From assembly GCA_964631205.1 (NCBI GenBank), contig CAZVWU010000006.1, positions 4,955 to 68,954 on the forward strand: a stretch of DNA of 64,000 nucleotides, written 5' to 3'. Under the pieces are notes generated by a model. It worked only from the letters and a program-made list of their open reading frames with translations. It did not search any database and was not told where the DNA came from. Of the stretch, positions 47,463 through 57,545 are shown in pieces. Origin of the DNA: an uncultured archaeon. GTDB lineage: Archaea; Aenigmatarchaeota; Aenigmatarchaeia; QMZP01; JACQNV01. Every line of letters begins with the position of its first letter. The first letter of the stretch is position 1. Both the position numbers and the translations under genes were made by a program.

Positions 47463-49523
47463 ATGTATACCCTCATAATCAGCGAAAAGCCGTCAGCTGC
47501 AAAGAAACTAGCCGAATCGCTGGCTGAAGGGAGCGTCAGTGAGCAGCCAAAAAATGGGGCGGTTGTGTATAAAATAAAGAGGGGCGGCAAAGACATAATC
47601 ATAGCCTCTGCTGCAGGCCATTTGTTTGTTCTGGCTGAAAAAAATTCGGGCAGGGATTGGACTTATCCTGTATTTAATATAGACTGGGTTCCGATTTTTG
47701 TCGCAAATAAAAACAACACATGGTCGAGAAAGTACTTCGAGGCTCTCCAATCGCTTTCAAATGAAGCGGTTGATGTTGTCTCTGCGACAGACTATGATAT
47801 TGAAGGGAGCGTGATAGCATACAATATAATCAGGTTCATCTGCAACAAAACAAACGGGAGGAGGATGAAGTTTTCCACATTGACGAAATCCGACCTTATT
47901 GAAGCATATGAAAACTCTTCGCCCAACCTCGATTTCCCCCAGATAGAAGCCGGAATTGCCAGGCACTTTCTCGATTATTTCTGGGGAATTAATATTTCAA
48001 GGGCTTTGACGCTTGCGTTAAGGGCAGCAAGCGGTTATAAGATCCTGTCAACAGGCCGTGTGCAGGGACCGACCCTTGAAATACTTGAAAAAAGGCAGAG
48101 GGAGATTGAAATATTCAAGCCTGAACCCTATTGGGAAATCCTTGCAAAAACGCCTGATTTCACAGCAGAGCATGAGAAAGGGAAATTCTGGAAAAAGGAA
48201 GAGGCCGACCTGGTATTCCAAAAAATAAAGGGGGTTGAAAAAGCCTCTGTAGAACGGGTTGAAAAAAAAGAAAGCAAGCTGCAGCCTCCGTTCCCATTCG
48301 ACCTTACAACACTACAGAGGGAGGCATACAGCCTTTTCGGTTTCTCCCCAAAACAGACCCTTGACACAGCGCAGTCGCTTTATGAGAGGGGATCCATATC
48401 CTATCCGCGAACATCATCCCAAAAGCTTCCTGCAAAACTAGGCTATGTGGAAATAATAAAAACCCTGTCCAAAAAAATCCAATATTCCAGTCTCTGCGAA
48501 AAGTTGCTGGCAAAACCCCAGATAAAGCCAAACGAAGGCCTGAAAGACGACCCTGCCCACCCGTCTATTTTCCCGACTCAGGACATTCCAAATATGAAAG
48601 AGCTTACCCATCAGCAGGCAAAATTATACGACCTGATTGTGAAAAGGTTTTTGTCTGTGTTTGCGGACGCTGCTGTCAGGGAATCTGTAACAGCAATCCT
48701 TGACATCAAAGGCGAGAAATTTATTGCAAGGGGGGTGAGGACCGTTCAGGCCAATTGGATAGACTTCTACAAGCCTTATGCAAAGTTTAAAGAGCAAACG
48801 CTCCCTCCAATGAAAAAGGGGGATTGTATAGCCATAAAAAAAATCGAGATGCTGCAAAAACAGACTCAACCGCCTGCAAGGTTTACACAGGGCACGATAC
48901 TTAAAGAGCTTGAAGATTTGGGGCTGGGAACAAAAGCCACAAGAGCCCTCATATTGCAAACCCTTTATGACCGCGGCTACATTAAAGACAAGTCAATAAC
49001 CGTGACCAAGCTTGGTGAAGCTGTTGTCACTTCTCTTGAAAGATATTGTCCGGACATAGTTTCTGTTGACCTTACAAAGCAGTTTGAAGAAGGCATGGAA
49101 GCAATACAGGATGAAAAGAAAACCAAAGAAGAGATCATAAAGTCTGCCCAGGAGGCTCTGGCAAAAACACTGAAAATTTTCAAGAAGAATGAAAAAAATA
49201 TAGGCTCTGACCTTATGAAGGGGATAAAGGAAGTTATGAGGGAAGAATCTACGATAGGAAAATGCGTATGCTCAGGCGACCTTGTCATAAGGATGTCAAA
49301 GGACAAAAAGAGGTTTGTGGGCTGCACTGGTTACCCAAACTGCACACAGACATTCTCGCTGCCGCATAAGGGCACAGTGGCAATAATAAGGGAGACCTGT
49401 TTGAAATGCGGCCTCAAGGTTGTTTCAGTGAAATTATACAAAAAACGCCCATGGAAGCTTTGCGTCAGGTGCGGATTTGTGAATAAAAAGAAAGGTGAAG
49501 AAAAACCTCCAGAAAATCCGTAA
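47463..49523 (+). CDS. topA: DNA topoisomerase I (type IA)
   Basis: LIISEKPSAA, ATDYDIEG, STGRVQGPTL, ISYPRT, GLGTKATR, C-terminal zinc ribbons. Confidence 0.95.
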   Translation: MYTLIISEKPSAAKKLAESLAEGSVSEQPKNGAVVYKIKRGGKDIIIASAAGHLFVLAEKNSGRDWTYPVFNIDWVPIFVANKNNTWSRKYFEALQSLSNEAVDVVSATDYDIEGSVIAYNIIRFICNKTNGRRMKFSTLTKSDLIEAYENSSPNLDFPQIEAGIARHFLDYFWGINISRALTLALRAASGYKILSTGRVQGPTLEILEKRQREIEIFKPEPYWEILAKTPDFTAEHEKGKFWKKEEADLVFQKIKGVEKASVERVEKKESKLQPPFPFDLTTLQREAYSLFGFSPKQTLDTAQSLYERGSISYPRTSSQKLPAKLGYVEIIKTLSKKIQYSSLCEKLLAKPQIKPNEGLKDDPAHPSIFPTQDIPNMKELTHQQAKLYDLIVKRFLSVFADAAVRESVTAILDIKGEKFIARGVRTVQANWIDFYKPYAKFKEQTLPPMKKGDCIAIKKIEMLQKQTQPPARFTQGTILKELEDLGLGTKATRALILQTLYDRGYIKDKSITVTKLGEAVVTSLERYCPDIVSVDLTKQFEEGMEAIQDEKKTKEEIIKSAQEALAKTLKIFKKNEKNIGSDLMKGIKEVMREESTIGKCVCSGDLVIRMSKDKKRFVGCTGYPNCTQTFSLPHKGTVAIIRETCLKCGLKVVSVKLYKKRPWKLCVRCGFVNKKKGEEKPPENP

Positions 49524-49718
49524 TCACAGCTGCCTTTTTCTTGCTTCTATTGGTATGAGGCCTTCTTTCCATTCAAGATTGGCTATATCAATGGGGTTTG
49601 AGGCTCCTTTTGGAACCTTTACCAATGGGGGCGCGCCCTGAGCTATTTGCAAAGCCCTGGATGAAATAATCCTCACCTTCTCATATTTCGAACTGATATT
49701 TCCATTTGGCATATTCAT
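49524..49718 (-). CDS. rpoK: RNA polymerase subunit K (Rpo6)
   Basis: SKYEKVRIISSRALQIAQGAP. Confidence 0.9.
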   Translation of the reverse strand: MNMPNGNISSKYEKVRIISSRALQIAQGAPPLVKVPKGASNPIDIANLEWKEGLIPIEARKRQL

Positions 49719-49767
49719 ATAACCCTTACCTTCTAAATAACCAGCATATAAATATAAACCTTTTAGA

Positions 49768-50553
49768 TCAGCCTATATACCTTGTCTCGTCTTTTGCAGG
49801 CTTCCCTTCCTTTGTCAGCTGCACAAGGGCCTTTTTCTGGAGGGATTCAACTTTCTTTATGAAGTTTTCCATTTCCTTTACTCTCTGGTCTAGCTTGCCC
49901 ATGTCTATTTTCAAATCCATTAGCTTTACCAAAGTTGATAATACCACCTCAGCTGATTTTGGATCTGTAACTATCGGGAATCCAGAAGTCTCGCCAAGCA
50001 GGCACATCCCTTTCATTCCACGTTCCTTTCCAAGGCCAAGAAGCAGGCCTGCTGCGCCCACAATATAACCTACCTTTTCACCTGCATTGAAATCTATTCC
50101 ATGCTTTTTATAATTTTCAATAAGCTCTTTATGGGTCACTGCCCCAACAACTTTTGGGGTTTCCTCTATTTCGCCTGTTGCCAGGCCTCCGACAGTTATT
50201 ATCTCAGAGCAGCCAAAGGTTGTTGCCAGTTCAAGAATTTTTTCAGAGACCTCATAATGTCCTTGGGGGGTTAGAGACTGGCAATCTCCAACCAATAATA
50301 CAAGGTCCCTCTCGCCCTTTTTCCTTGCCTTATAATAATAGAACTCGTTGTTCGGGAGGTGTATCATGTAATTATCATGCAGCATCACAAAAGGGAAAAA
50401 CCATTTCGAATACATTGTTGCAAACTTTTTAGCTTTCAGTTCTTCAACTAAATAGCCGACAGCGACCCTCCCTATATTCCCTACACCAGGAAGCCCTTCA
50501 ATCAGAACAGGGTTTGCCAGCTTCGGCTTTTCCTTGTAGATTATTTGAGTCAT
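49768..50553 (-). CDS. PAC2-family proteasome assembly chaperone
   Basis: LIEGLPGVGNIG, GDCQ, IVGAAGLLL, LLGETSG..DP, C-terminal YIG. Confidence 0.88.
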   Translation of the reverse strand: MTQIIYKEKPKLANPVLIEGLPGVGNIGRVAVGYLVEELKAKKFATMYSKWFFPFVMLHDNYMIHLPNNEFYYYKARKKGERDLVLLVGDCQSLTPQGHYEVSEKILELATTFGCSEIITVGGLATGEIEETPKVVGAVTHKELIENYKKHGIDFNAGEKVGYIVGAAGLLLGLGKERGMKGMCLLGETSGFPIVTDPKSAEVVLSTLVKLMDLKIDMGKLDQRVKEMENFIKKVESLQKKALVQLTKEGKPAKDETRYIG

Positions 50554-50600
50554 AAAAATCAGTCAATCAGTCTAATATTGCTTTTCAACATTAATAAATG

Positions 50601-50915
50601 CTATTTGGCATCCTCACCAGGGTATTTGCCTCTTTTTGCAAGGGAGAGATAGACTCTAAGATTGTATTCCCTCCATTGAACCATAAACTCCAGCATTTCT
50701 CTTTCTTCATCAGGTATTTCAGTTTCCGATAAGCGGTTCCTGAAATCTTTGATATATTCCAGGCAGCCATTTATGGTTCTGGCAGTATACTGTCTTCCTT
50801 CTTCTGTTGACACGTTATATCTTCTCTCCAGAATCGGGGCTTCCACTCTTGAAACGCATTCCCTTAATTCTGATGCAAGAGACCCTGCATTTTCAGACCA
50901 TTTGTAAAGTTCCAT
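50601..50915 (-). CDS. Hypothetical protein
   Basis: ATG 3 nt after the tRNA-Glu(CTC) 3' end; the longer track start overlaps the tRNA. Confidence 0.55.
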   Translation of the reverse strand: MELYKWSENAGSLASELRECVSRVEAPILERRYNVSTEEGRQYTARTINGCLEYIKDFRNRLSETEIPDEEREMLEFMVQWREYNLRVYLSLAKRGKYPGEDAK

Positions 50916-50918
50916 TGA

Positions 50919-51204
50919 TGCTCCCAACGGGATTTTCAAATGCTGGATCCACTTCGGTTATGTAAACCTTCTTTTGGGATCTCAAACCTTTTCTTGGAAG
51001 AAAAGGGCTGAATTTGAACCCGTGTCAGGGGATCGAGAATCCCCTATCCTTGCCGGTTCCTATATTTCTTATAATCCTGCAACTTTTCTTTCTTGGGTTA
51101 TAAGGTCAGCATCTCATCAGAGATGATGAGATGTCTCGTGTCTACGAGACACGACTTCTTTCTTTTTTTAAAAGAAAGAAGGGTATATGCTAGACGATGG
51201 GAGC
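50919..51204 (-). tRNA. tRNA-Glu(CTC) with 132-nt D-loop intron (51057..51188) and 80-nt T-loop intron (50933..51012)
   Basis: GCTCCCA/TGGGAGC acceptor, GGGGA-TTCTCGA-TCCCC arm; BHBs TCTA/TAGG and TTCA/TGAA. Confidence 0.88.
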
Positions 51205-51213
51205 ACTTAAATT

Positions 51214-51429
51214 TTATTTCTTCTCTGGTATGAATATGGACCTCACTGCCATGATAACACCTGCAACCAACAAATAGATTAAAGGGGATAAAGCGTCTGC
51301 TATATCATAGCCAGAAATTACCATCCTTATAATAAAGGAAGCCAGAGCCATGCCTAAAATAAAAACTGTTGCTTCTCTCCATGTCCTTCTGTCAAGATGT
51401 TGTTTCTGCTTTTTTCTCATATTTATCAT
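51214..51429 (-). CDS. Small 2-TM protein (LDRRTW paralog)
   Basis: Basic N-terminus, LDRRTW, two hydrophobic helices. Confidence 0.6.
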   Translation of the reverse strand: MINMRKKQKQHLDRRTWREATVFILGMALASFIIRMVISGYDIADALSPLIYLLVAGVIMAVRSIFIPEKK

Positions 51430-51700
51430 AAGCCCTAGGTTTTTTGCCTTTGGTCACAATAAAGCCTAATATTATTAGTATAATACCGCTTATAACATGG
51501 GACTTTACAGCAAGATCGAAGGCTTGCTCGAGTTTATAGCCCAAAATCATCATGTTTACTGCAAACGCTATTATACCGAAGAGTATCACCAAAACCGAGA
51601 CGTACATCCATGTCCTTCTGTCAAGCTCATTTTCCTTCTTCTTACTTTCTTGCGGATCACTTTGCTGTTTTGGGACTTTTTTAGGTTTATTTTGCGCCAT
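51392..51700 (-). CDS. Small 2-TM protein (LDRRTW paralog)
   Basis: Shares ccatgtccttctgtcaag and topology with the neighbour. Confidence 0.6.
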   Translation of the reverse strand: MAQNKPKKVPKQQSDPQESKKKENELDRRTWMYVSVLVILFGIIAFAVNMMILGYKLEQAFDLAVKSHVISGIILIILGFIVTKGKKPRAYDKYEKKAETTS

Positions 51701-51736
51701 ACTCCACCACCGAAGACTCGACACTCAATACTGTTA

Positions 51737-51903
51737 TGGGCCCGCTGAGGATTGAACTCAGGGCCTCTGCATTATCAGTGCAGCGCGCTACCAATACGCA
51801 CGTTCTTTCTAGTGCAGGTCTTTGCCTCAGCAAAGAAGTGCTTTCTAGTGCAGGTCTTTCTTGGGTTTATGCCCTGAAGAAAGAAGTGCTGCGCCACGGG
51901 CCC
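51737..51903 (-). tRNA. tRNA-Ile(GAT) with 93-nt D-loop intron (51795..51887) made of two tandem module B copies
   Basis: GGGCCCG/CGGGCCC, CTGCA-CTGATAA-TGCAG; BHB CGCA GC|A ... TGCG TA|T. Confidence 0.92.
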
Positions 51904-51939
51904 GCAATCTATGATTCTATTCTAACTTTATATAAATAA

Positions 51940-52022
51940 TGGACCCGCTGGGATTTGAACCCAGAGTCACTTGGATTCCCGTACATTGCGAACCAAGCGT
52001 GTTGCCGTTACACCACGAGCCC
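51940..52022 (-). tRNA. tRNA-Ala(CGC) with 11-nt 37/38 intron (51976..51986)
   Basis: G3:U70 pair, CTTGG-TTCGCA|ATGTACGGGAA|T-CCAAG. Confidence 0.88.
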
Positions 52023-52060
52023 ATTACTATTAATTCTATCAATATATTATATACAAAAAT

Positions 52061-52621
52061 ATGTCACTAATGGAGATATTCGGCATTTTCAATGTGATTG
52101 AGGCCTTTTGGATAATTATTCCAGCTTATGCCGCAAATGGGTTGGCGCCTCTTGCAAAATTCACTGCTAGGCACCCTTTGGATGGAGGGAAAAAACTTTC
52201 TGACGGCAGGCCTGTTTTCGGGAACGGAAAGACTTGGGAAGGGTCAATTCTTGGAATTTTAATCGGAACCCTAATAGGGAGCTTTATGGGTTTTGCTTAT
52301 TTTTTCCTTCCATGGGATCTTTCACCTATTCCCCTTCAAACAGCAAAAATGGGCATTGTTTTAGGCTTAATGCTGTCTGCAGGCGCGATCGTTGGCGATT
52401 TATGCGGCAGCTTTATAAAAAGGAGGATTGGGTTGGAAAGGGGCCGGCCTTTCCCTGTTTTAGACCAGCTGGATTTTATTTTAGGCGCTTTTATTTTTGC
52501 GAGCTTTGTAACACCAATAAAAATTAACTGGATAATCCTGATCGCAATCGCCACGCCGCTATTACACTTGTCCGCGAATTACATGGCTTATCTTCTTGGT
52601 GTGAAGAAGGAGCCTTGGTGA
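52061..52621 (+). CDS. carS: CDP-archaeol synthase
   Basis: PAYAAN, PLDGG...DGRPVFGNGKTWEG, GDLCGSFIKRR, LDQLDF, KKEPW. Confidence 0.9.
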   Translation: MSLMEIFGIFNVIEAFWIIIPAYAANGLAPLAKFTARHPLDGGKKLSDGRPVFGNGKTWEGSILGILIGTLIGSFMGFAYFFLPWDLSPIPLQTAKMGIVLGLMLSAGAIVGDLCGSFIKRRIGLERGRPFPVLDQLDFILGAFIFASFVTPIKINWIILIAIATPLLHLSANYMAYLLGVKKEPW

Positions 52622-52629
52622 ACTAATTT

Positions 52630-53040
52630 ATGGTAAAAAAGATGAAGTGTATCCCAATAGCATGCGGTGTAATAAGAGACGGAAACAAGTTTCTTATTTT
52701 AAAAAGATCATCAGACTCCAGAATGCCTACTATCTGGGAATTTCCAGGAGGAAAAGTCGAACTAAATGAAAATGTAGTTAACTGCTTAAAAAGAGAGGTC
52801 AAGGAGGAAACTAATTTAGATGTAAATAATATATCTTTTTTAGGTTTTCATGACAGATATGATGGTAATATGTATAAAATTATATTTGGATATATTGTAG
52901 AGAGCTATGCTGGGCAGATCAGATTATCTGAAGAGCATCGGGAGCATAAATGGGAAACCCTGTTAGAAATTTTAAAGATGGATATAGGAATTGACACTAA
53001 ATTTTTCATTGAAAATTTTTTGCTTAATAAGCAATTATAG
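52630..53040 (+). CDS. NUDIX hydrolase
   Basis: WEFPGGKVE......LKREVKEETNL. Confidence 0.88.
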   Translation: MVKKMKCIPIACGVIRDGNKFLILKRSSDSRMPTIWEFPGGKVELNENVVNCLKREVKEETNLDVNNISFLGFHDRYDGNMYKIIFGYIVESYAGQIRLSEEHREHKWETLLEILKMDIGIDTKFFIENFLLNKQL

Positions 53041-53046
53041 TCAATC

Positions 53047-55485
53047 TTAGTTCTCAGGCAGCTTGACAGACATCACTTTCGACTCGCCGTCGTCCATGCT
53101 GATCCCATAGACTTGGTCTGCATTTTTTATAATTTCGTCGTTGTGTGAGATGAGCAGGAACTGTGTATATTTGGATTGTTTTTTTATCAGCTCTCCAAGC
53201 TTCTGCGAGTTTGTCTTGTCAAGAGCTGCGTCCGCCTCATCCAAAATATAGAACGGGCATGGTTTGTATCTTTGAATTGCAAAAAGGAATGCTATAGCTG
53301 TGAGCGTTTTTTCCCCTCCTGACATCGCATCCAGATTCAAGAGCTTTTTCCCGCTTGGTGAAGCTGATATTACCAGGCCAGATTCAAGATTTTCGGGGTT
53401 CTCCAGTCCCAAATCAGCTTCGCCTTTTGTAAGATCAACCCAGATTTCTTTGAAGCCTCTGACAACTTTGTTCAGGGCATTCATAAAGACTTCCCTTCTT
53501 TTCTGCTCTATTTCATTTACAGAGGCCTCAACAACCTGCTTCTCCTCAACAATCTTGTCAAATTTCTGCTTGAAAATCTCAAAGTCTTTTATCAGGCTGT
53601 CAAACTCATCTGTTGCCTTAAGATTAACAGGACCGAGAGAGTCAATCCTTTGTATAATTGATTTCTGCCTCTCCTTTAGGTGCCCTTCTTTCTGGTTGAG
53701 GAAAGTCCCAAGTTTTTTCTCCCACCCCTGGTATTTCTCCCACTGCTGTTTGACATTTTCAAGATTAGCCTCGATCCTGGCTCCGCCTATTTTTGTCTCA
53801 TTCAATTTTTGCAGCAAGTTAAGTCTCGTTTCGTAAAGTTCTTTTCTCCTCTCCCTGAACTTTTTCATCTTGTCATCGAATTTTATTTTCCTGACTTCAG
53901 CGCTTATTGATTCGGATTTTGTTTCTTCCTTTGAAAGCTTTGAAAGATCCGCTTCCAGTTTTGTCGTCTCTGCTTGTAAATTCTGGTTTTCCCTTTCCAA
54001 TCTTTCGATATCCTGCAAAAATTTTGAGTCCTCTATCTTTTTCCTGTAAAAGCCGCCTGTTATCGAACCTGATGGCTCTATCAGATCGCCGTCGAGGCTG
54101 ACTAACCTTAACCGTTCCCTGTCAAAGATCCTTTTTGCTTTTTCTATATTTTCTACACAGGCTGTCTGGCCAAAAACAAAATTTGCAATATTCACATATC
54201 TTGGATCGAATTTTATCAGGTCTGAAACCCATCCGATCGCATCTTTTGGGAGGGTCTTTTTTCCAGGCGAATTTATTTTGTCAAGAGGCAAAAACCGCGA
54301 CCTACCAAGCCTGTTTTGCTTAAGGTGGTTTACACATTTTAAAACATTTTCTGCTGTATCAACAACAATATCCTGCATGTGCCCCCCGCCAGCGATCTCT
54401 GCGGCTATCCTATATTTTGGAGGCACAGTTATCAGGCTGTCTAGAGTTCCTTCCACTCCCTTGAAAGTTTTTAACTCTTTTAAAAAAGGGGAGCTGCTTT
54501 CTTTTATCCTGCTCATGACCTCCCTGATCCTTTCAATCTCCCTTATATTCAGATTTATCCTGTCTTCCTTCCTCTCCAGCTCAGATTTTAACTGTGTAAT
54601 TTTTTTGACAGATTCTATTCTGCTCGAGGCCTTCATGACCTCACTTGTGATGTTTTCTATTGCCTTTTCCTCCTGTTCCAACCCCGTATCAAGCTCTTTT
54701 AATTCAGAATCTATCTTTGTTATTTCTTTTTCTTGTATGGCTGCTTTCACATTAACATCTTTTAATCCCTCTTCCAACCTCTGATATTCCTTCCAGATTA
54801 CAGTAGCCCTTATAAATTCTAGCTCTTCTTGAAGCTGCTTGTGCTCCTGCGCAGCGTCCTTGTCTTTTTTTATCCTGTCCAGAATCTGCATCCTCTCATT
54901 CAATATGATCTCAGCTTCCCTTAACTTCTCGGCAACTGTCTCCAATTCCTTATTCGCCTTCTGCTTCTTGTCCTCATATTCAGCAATGCCTGAAATCTCA
55001 TCAATAACCTGCCTTCTTTGTATCGGGTTCATCTCAACTATCTGCGCAACATCACCTTGGTGGATTATGTTGTGGCCTCCGGGTGTTATCCTGATCTGCG
55101 CGAACATGTCAACAAGCTGCTGTTTTGTGACAGTCTCCCCGTTAATTTTATATGTGCTGACCCCATTCGTGTTTATCTTTCTGGATATGACAATTTCGGG
55201 ATCGTCTATAGGCAGGGTCTTTTTCGAGTTGTCAAAATGGACAGACACCCTCGCATGATCAGATCCAGATTTCGCCTTGCTGCCATGGAAAATAAGCTCC
55301 TCTGCTTTCTTGGCCCTAATCGACCGCGACTGCAGGCCAAAAACAAAAGACAGGCTCTCTGCTATATTTGACTTTCCAGATCCATTCGGGCCAGTGAACA
55401 CAGTGAAACCTGGAAGTACAGGTATGGCAACCTTTCGTTTGAATGACTTGAAGCCTTCCATTGAAATTTTTTGGATGTAAGTCAT
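53047..55485 (-). CDS. smc: SMC protein with short coiled-coil arms (~812 aa)
   Basis: GFKSF, GPNGSGKSN, Q-loop, hinge (G..RFLPLD, LDGD..G.ITGG), MSGGEK, LDEADAALD. Confidence 0.9.
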   Translation of the reverse strand: MTYIQKISMEGFKSFKRKVAIPVLPGFTVFTGPNGSGKSNIAESLSFVFGLQSRSIRAKKAEELIFHGSKAKSGSDHARVSVHFDNSKKTLPIDDPEIVISRKINTNGVSTYKINGETVTKQQLVDMFAQIRITPGGHNIIHQGDVAQIVEMNPIQRRQVIDEISGIAEYEDKKQKANKELETVAEKLREAEIILNERMQILDRIKKDKDAAQEHKQLQEELEFIRATVIWKEYQRLEEGLKDVNVKAAIQEKEITKIDSELKELDTGLEQEEKAIENITSEVMKASSRIESVKKITQLKSELERKEDRINLNIREIERIREVMSRIKESSSPFLKELKTFKGVEGTLDSLITVPPKYRIAAEIAGGGHMQDIVVDTAENVLKCVNHLKQNRLGRSRFLPLDKINSPGKKTLPKDAIGWVSDLIKFDPRYVNIANFVFGQTACVENIEKAKRIFDRERLRLVSLDGDLIEPSGSITGGFYRKKIEDSKFLQDIERLERENQNLQAETTKLEADLSKLSKEETKSESISAEVRKIKFDDKMKKFRERRKELYETRLNLLQKLNETKIGGARIEANLENVKQQWEKYQGWEKKLGTFLNQKEGHLKERQKSIIQRIDSLGPVNLKATDEFDSLIKDFEIFKQKFDKIVEEKQVVEASVNEIEQKRREVFMNALNKVVRGFKEIWVDLTKGEADLGLENPENLESGLVISASPSGKKLLNLDAMSGGEKTLTAIAFLFAIQRYKPCPFYILDEADAALDKTNSQKLGELIKKQSKYTQFLLISHNDEIIKNADQVYGISMDDGESKVMSVKLPEN

Positions 55486-55589
55486 AACAGGCATAAATGC
55501 TAAAAACACAGATTCATCTTTCGACCTGTTTTAGCAAGCTCTCTTGAAATATTAAGTATATTTAGCTGTCCCCATTTAATAATATAGAT

Positions 55590-55886
55590 ATGAGTAAAAT
55601 AGTGAAGCCTAATATAACCCAGAAGCAGAGGCTAAAAAGGCTGGCAGCCGGCTTTGTTTTTATTATTTTGGTATTCTATTTCTGGCTGGTTTTGGAGGTT
55701 AATAGCCTTTCTTCGCTTTACAGACTAGTTTTAATAATTCCCATATATCTAGCAGCCCTCTCATTCTTAGAATCTTTTTTCAGCTATTGTGTCTTAAAAA
55801 AGAAGACAAGCAAAGTTTCCATGAAAATTCATTTAATTTCTTTGTTGGTTGCTGCAATAATAGCTGTAATAGCAGTTTTTGTTTAA
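55590..55886 (+). CDS. Small membrane protein
   Basis: Three hydrophobic segments. Confidence 0.6.
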   Translation: MSKIVKPNITQKQRLKRLAAGFVFIILVFYFWLVLEVNSLSSLYRLVLIIPIYLAALSFLESFFSYCVLKKKTSKVSMKIHLISLLVAAIIAVIAVFV

Positions 55887-55955
55887 TTCATCAATAACTA
55901 TAAATTTCAATGTCTTCGGATAATCTTTAAAAGGGGGGAGTCTATTATAATCTGT

Positions 55956-56588
55956 ATGGCCCAATGCGAAAACTGCGGTTCCAAGGCTGACAAGAGCTGG
56001 GAGTTCTGCCCTAGCTGTGGAGCTAGCCTAAGGGTAGCAGATGCTGGCGATCTGTTTTCTGAAATTTTTGAGAGGTTTGGACAGGAATTTGCTGAGATGA
56101 ACAAAATGTTTGAAAGGCAGATTGAGGCTGTTGACATAACCCCGATGTTCAGGAAACCAAAAGGGATCCAGCGTGGTGGCGGGTTTATAATAAGCATAGG
56201 TTCTTCCGGGGATAAGCAGCCCCAGGTTTCTGTAAGGGCATTTGGTGATGTGGATGAAAGAAAAATAAAACAACAGGTTTACAATCAACTGGGACAAGTT
56301 GAAGAAAAGCCGTTTGAACAGAAGGCGCCTAAAAAAGTGAAAGCTTATGGAGAAACAGAGGAACCTAAAACAAGGGTTGAGAAGGTTGGAGATAAGGTTG
56401 TTGTTGAAATGGAATTGCCCGGGGTTAAAAAAGACAGTGATATAGAGATAAATGAATTGGAGAGTTCAGTCGAAGTCAAAGCCATTGCAGATAAAAAAGC
56501 TTTTTTCAAAATATTGAAAAAGCCAGGGGATAGAAGAATACTAAGAACTGGATTTAATAAGGGAATTCTAAAACTAGAATTTTCTTAA
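55956..56588 (+). CDS. Zinc-ribbon + Hsp20/alpha-crystallin protein
   Basis: CENCG...FCPSCG; EEP..VVVEMELPGVK...FNKGILKL. Confidence 0.8.
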   Translation: MAQCENCGSKADKSWEFCPSCGASLRVADAGDLFSEIFERFGQEFAEMNKMFERQIEAVDITPMFRKPKGIQRGGGFIISIGSSGDKQPQVSVRAFGDVDERKIKQQVYNQLGQVEEKPFEQKAPKKVKAYGETEEPKTRVEKVGDKVVVEMELPGVKKDSDIEINELESSVEVKAIADKKAFFKILKKPGDRRILRTGFNKGILKLEFS

Positions 56589-56612
56589 GATAGGAAACCG
56601 GAAAATAAAAAG

Positions 56613-56861
56613 CTATTTTTTTGGCTCAGCTGTTTTGCTAAATGCCTTGTTCGCTTTCATCTCATCCATTTCAAGCCAGAGTATAAACAATCCGACAAGA
56701 ATCAAAAAGATTGGTAATGTGCCTGTCAAGACCACAACAAAATTCTGCCACCACTGGATATTCCCAGGCAGCCTGTTCCACCCTAACGCTGAATCTGCAA
56801 ATAGATATAATCCTACCAGAAGGATTACCAAACCAAGCAAAAGCTTTGTTGTGGCTGCCAT
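56613..56861 (-). CDS. Small 2-TM protein
   Basis: Two hydrophobic helices followed by WLEMDEMK. Confidence 0.65.
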   Translation of the reverse strand: MAATTKLLLGLVILLVGLYLFADSALGWNRLPGNIQWWQNFVVVLTGTLPIFLILVGLFILWLEMDEMKANKAFSKTAEPKK

Positions 56862-56926
56862 ATTGATATAAGATTAGACGGTTATATTTATAAGTATTAC
56901 TGCTTTAAATATTCCACCAGTATATA

Positions 56927-57505
56927 ATGGATATGAAACGGTTAGATTATTTTTCCAGCATGAATAGTGATGAGTTCAGGCAAATTCAGAGCCAGAGGCT
57001 CATTCGGTGGAGGTCTGAGGATGTTGTCAAAAGGGTTGATGGCCCGACAAATCCGGCAAGAGCCCACAGATTGGGATACAAGGCAAAGCAGGGCTTTGTT
57101 ATTGTCAGGGCAAGAGTCCCGAAAGGTGGACGGAAGTCACGGAAACCGGCAGGGGGCAGGAAGCCTTCTGCTGCAGGAAGATTTTTTACACCAGCGAAAT
57201 CTAAGCAGTGGATAGCGGAGGAGAGGACCGCAGATAGATTTCCAAATCTTGAAGTATTAAATTCTTATTTTGTGGGAGAGGATGGAGTCTCAAAATGGTT
57301 CGAAGTCATACTTGTCGACAAGAACCATCCTGCAATCCAGAAAAATAAGGAAACCAGGTGGATTGCAGAGAAACAGCATAAAGGCCGTGTTTATAGAGGA
57401 TTGACCGGCGCAGGGAAAAAATCGCGGGGCCTTGCGAGGAGCAGGGGCAAAGGGGCCGAAAAGTTAAGGCCTTCTTTAAGAGCGCACGAGAAATCGGGGA
57501 AATAA
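56927..57505 (+). CDS. rpl15e: 50S ribosomal protein L15e
   Basis: [27 protein letters not shown]. Confidence 0.95.
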   Translation: MDMKRLDYFSSMNSDEFRQIQSQRLIRWRSEDVVKRVDGPTNPARAHRLGYKAKQGFVIVRARVPKGGRKSRKPAGGRKPSAAGRFFTPAKSKQWIAEERTADRFPNLEVLNSYFVGEDGVSKWFEVILVDKNHPAIQKNKETRWIAEKQHKGRVYRGLTGAGKKSRGLARSRGKGAEKLRPSLRAHEKSGK

Positions 57506-57545
57506 TTTTTGCTTCTTTTTTATAAACTGGATACAAATCTAATCT

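Noticed and set aside
51806-51889. Mini-CRISPR array
   Set aside because: Only two units, spacers are short self-complementary stems, it lies inside a tRNA intron and no cas genes are present
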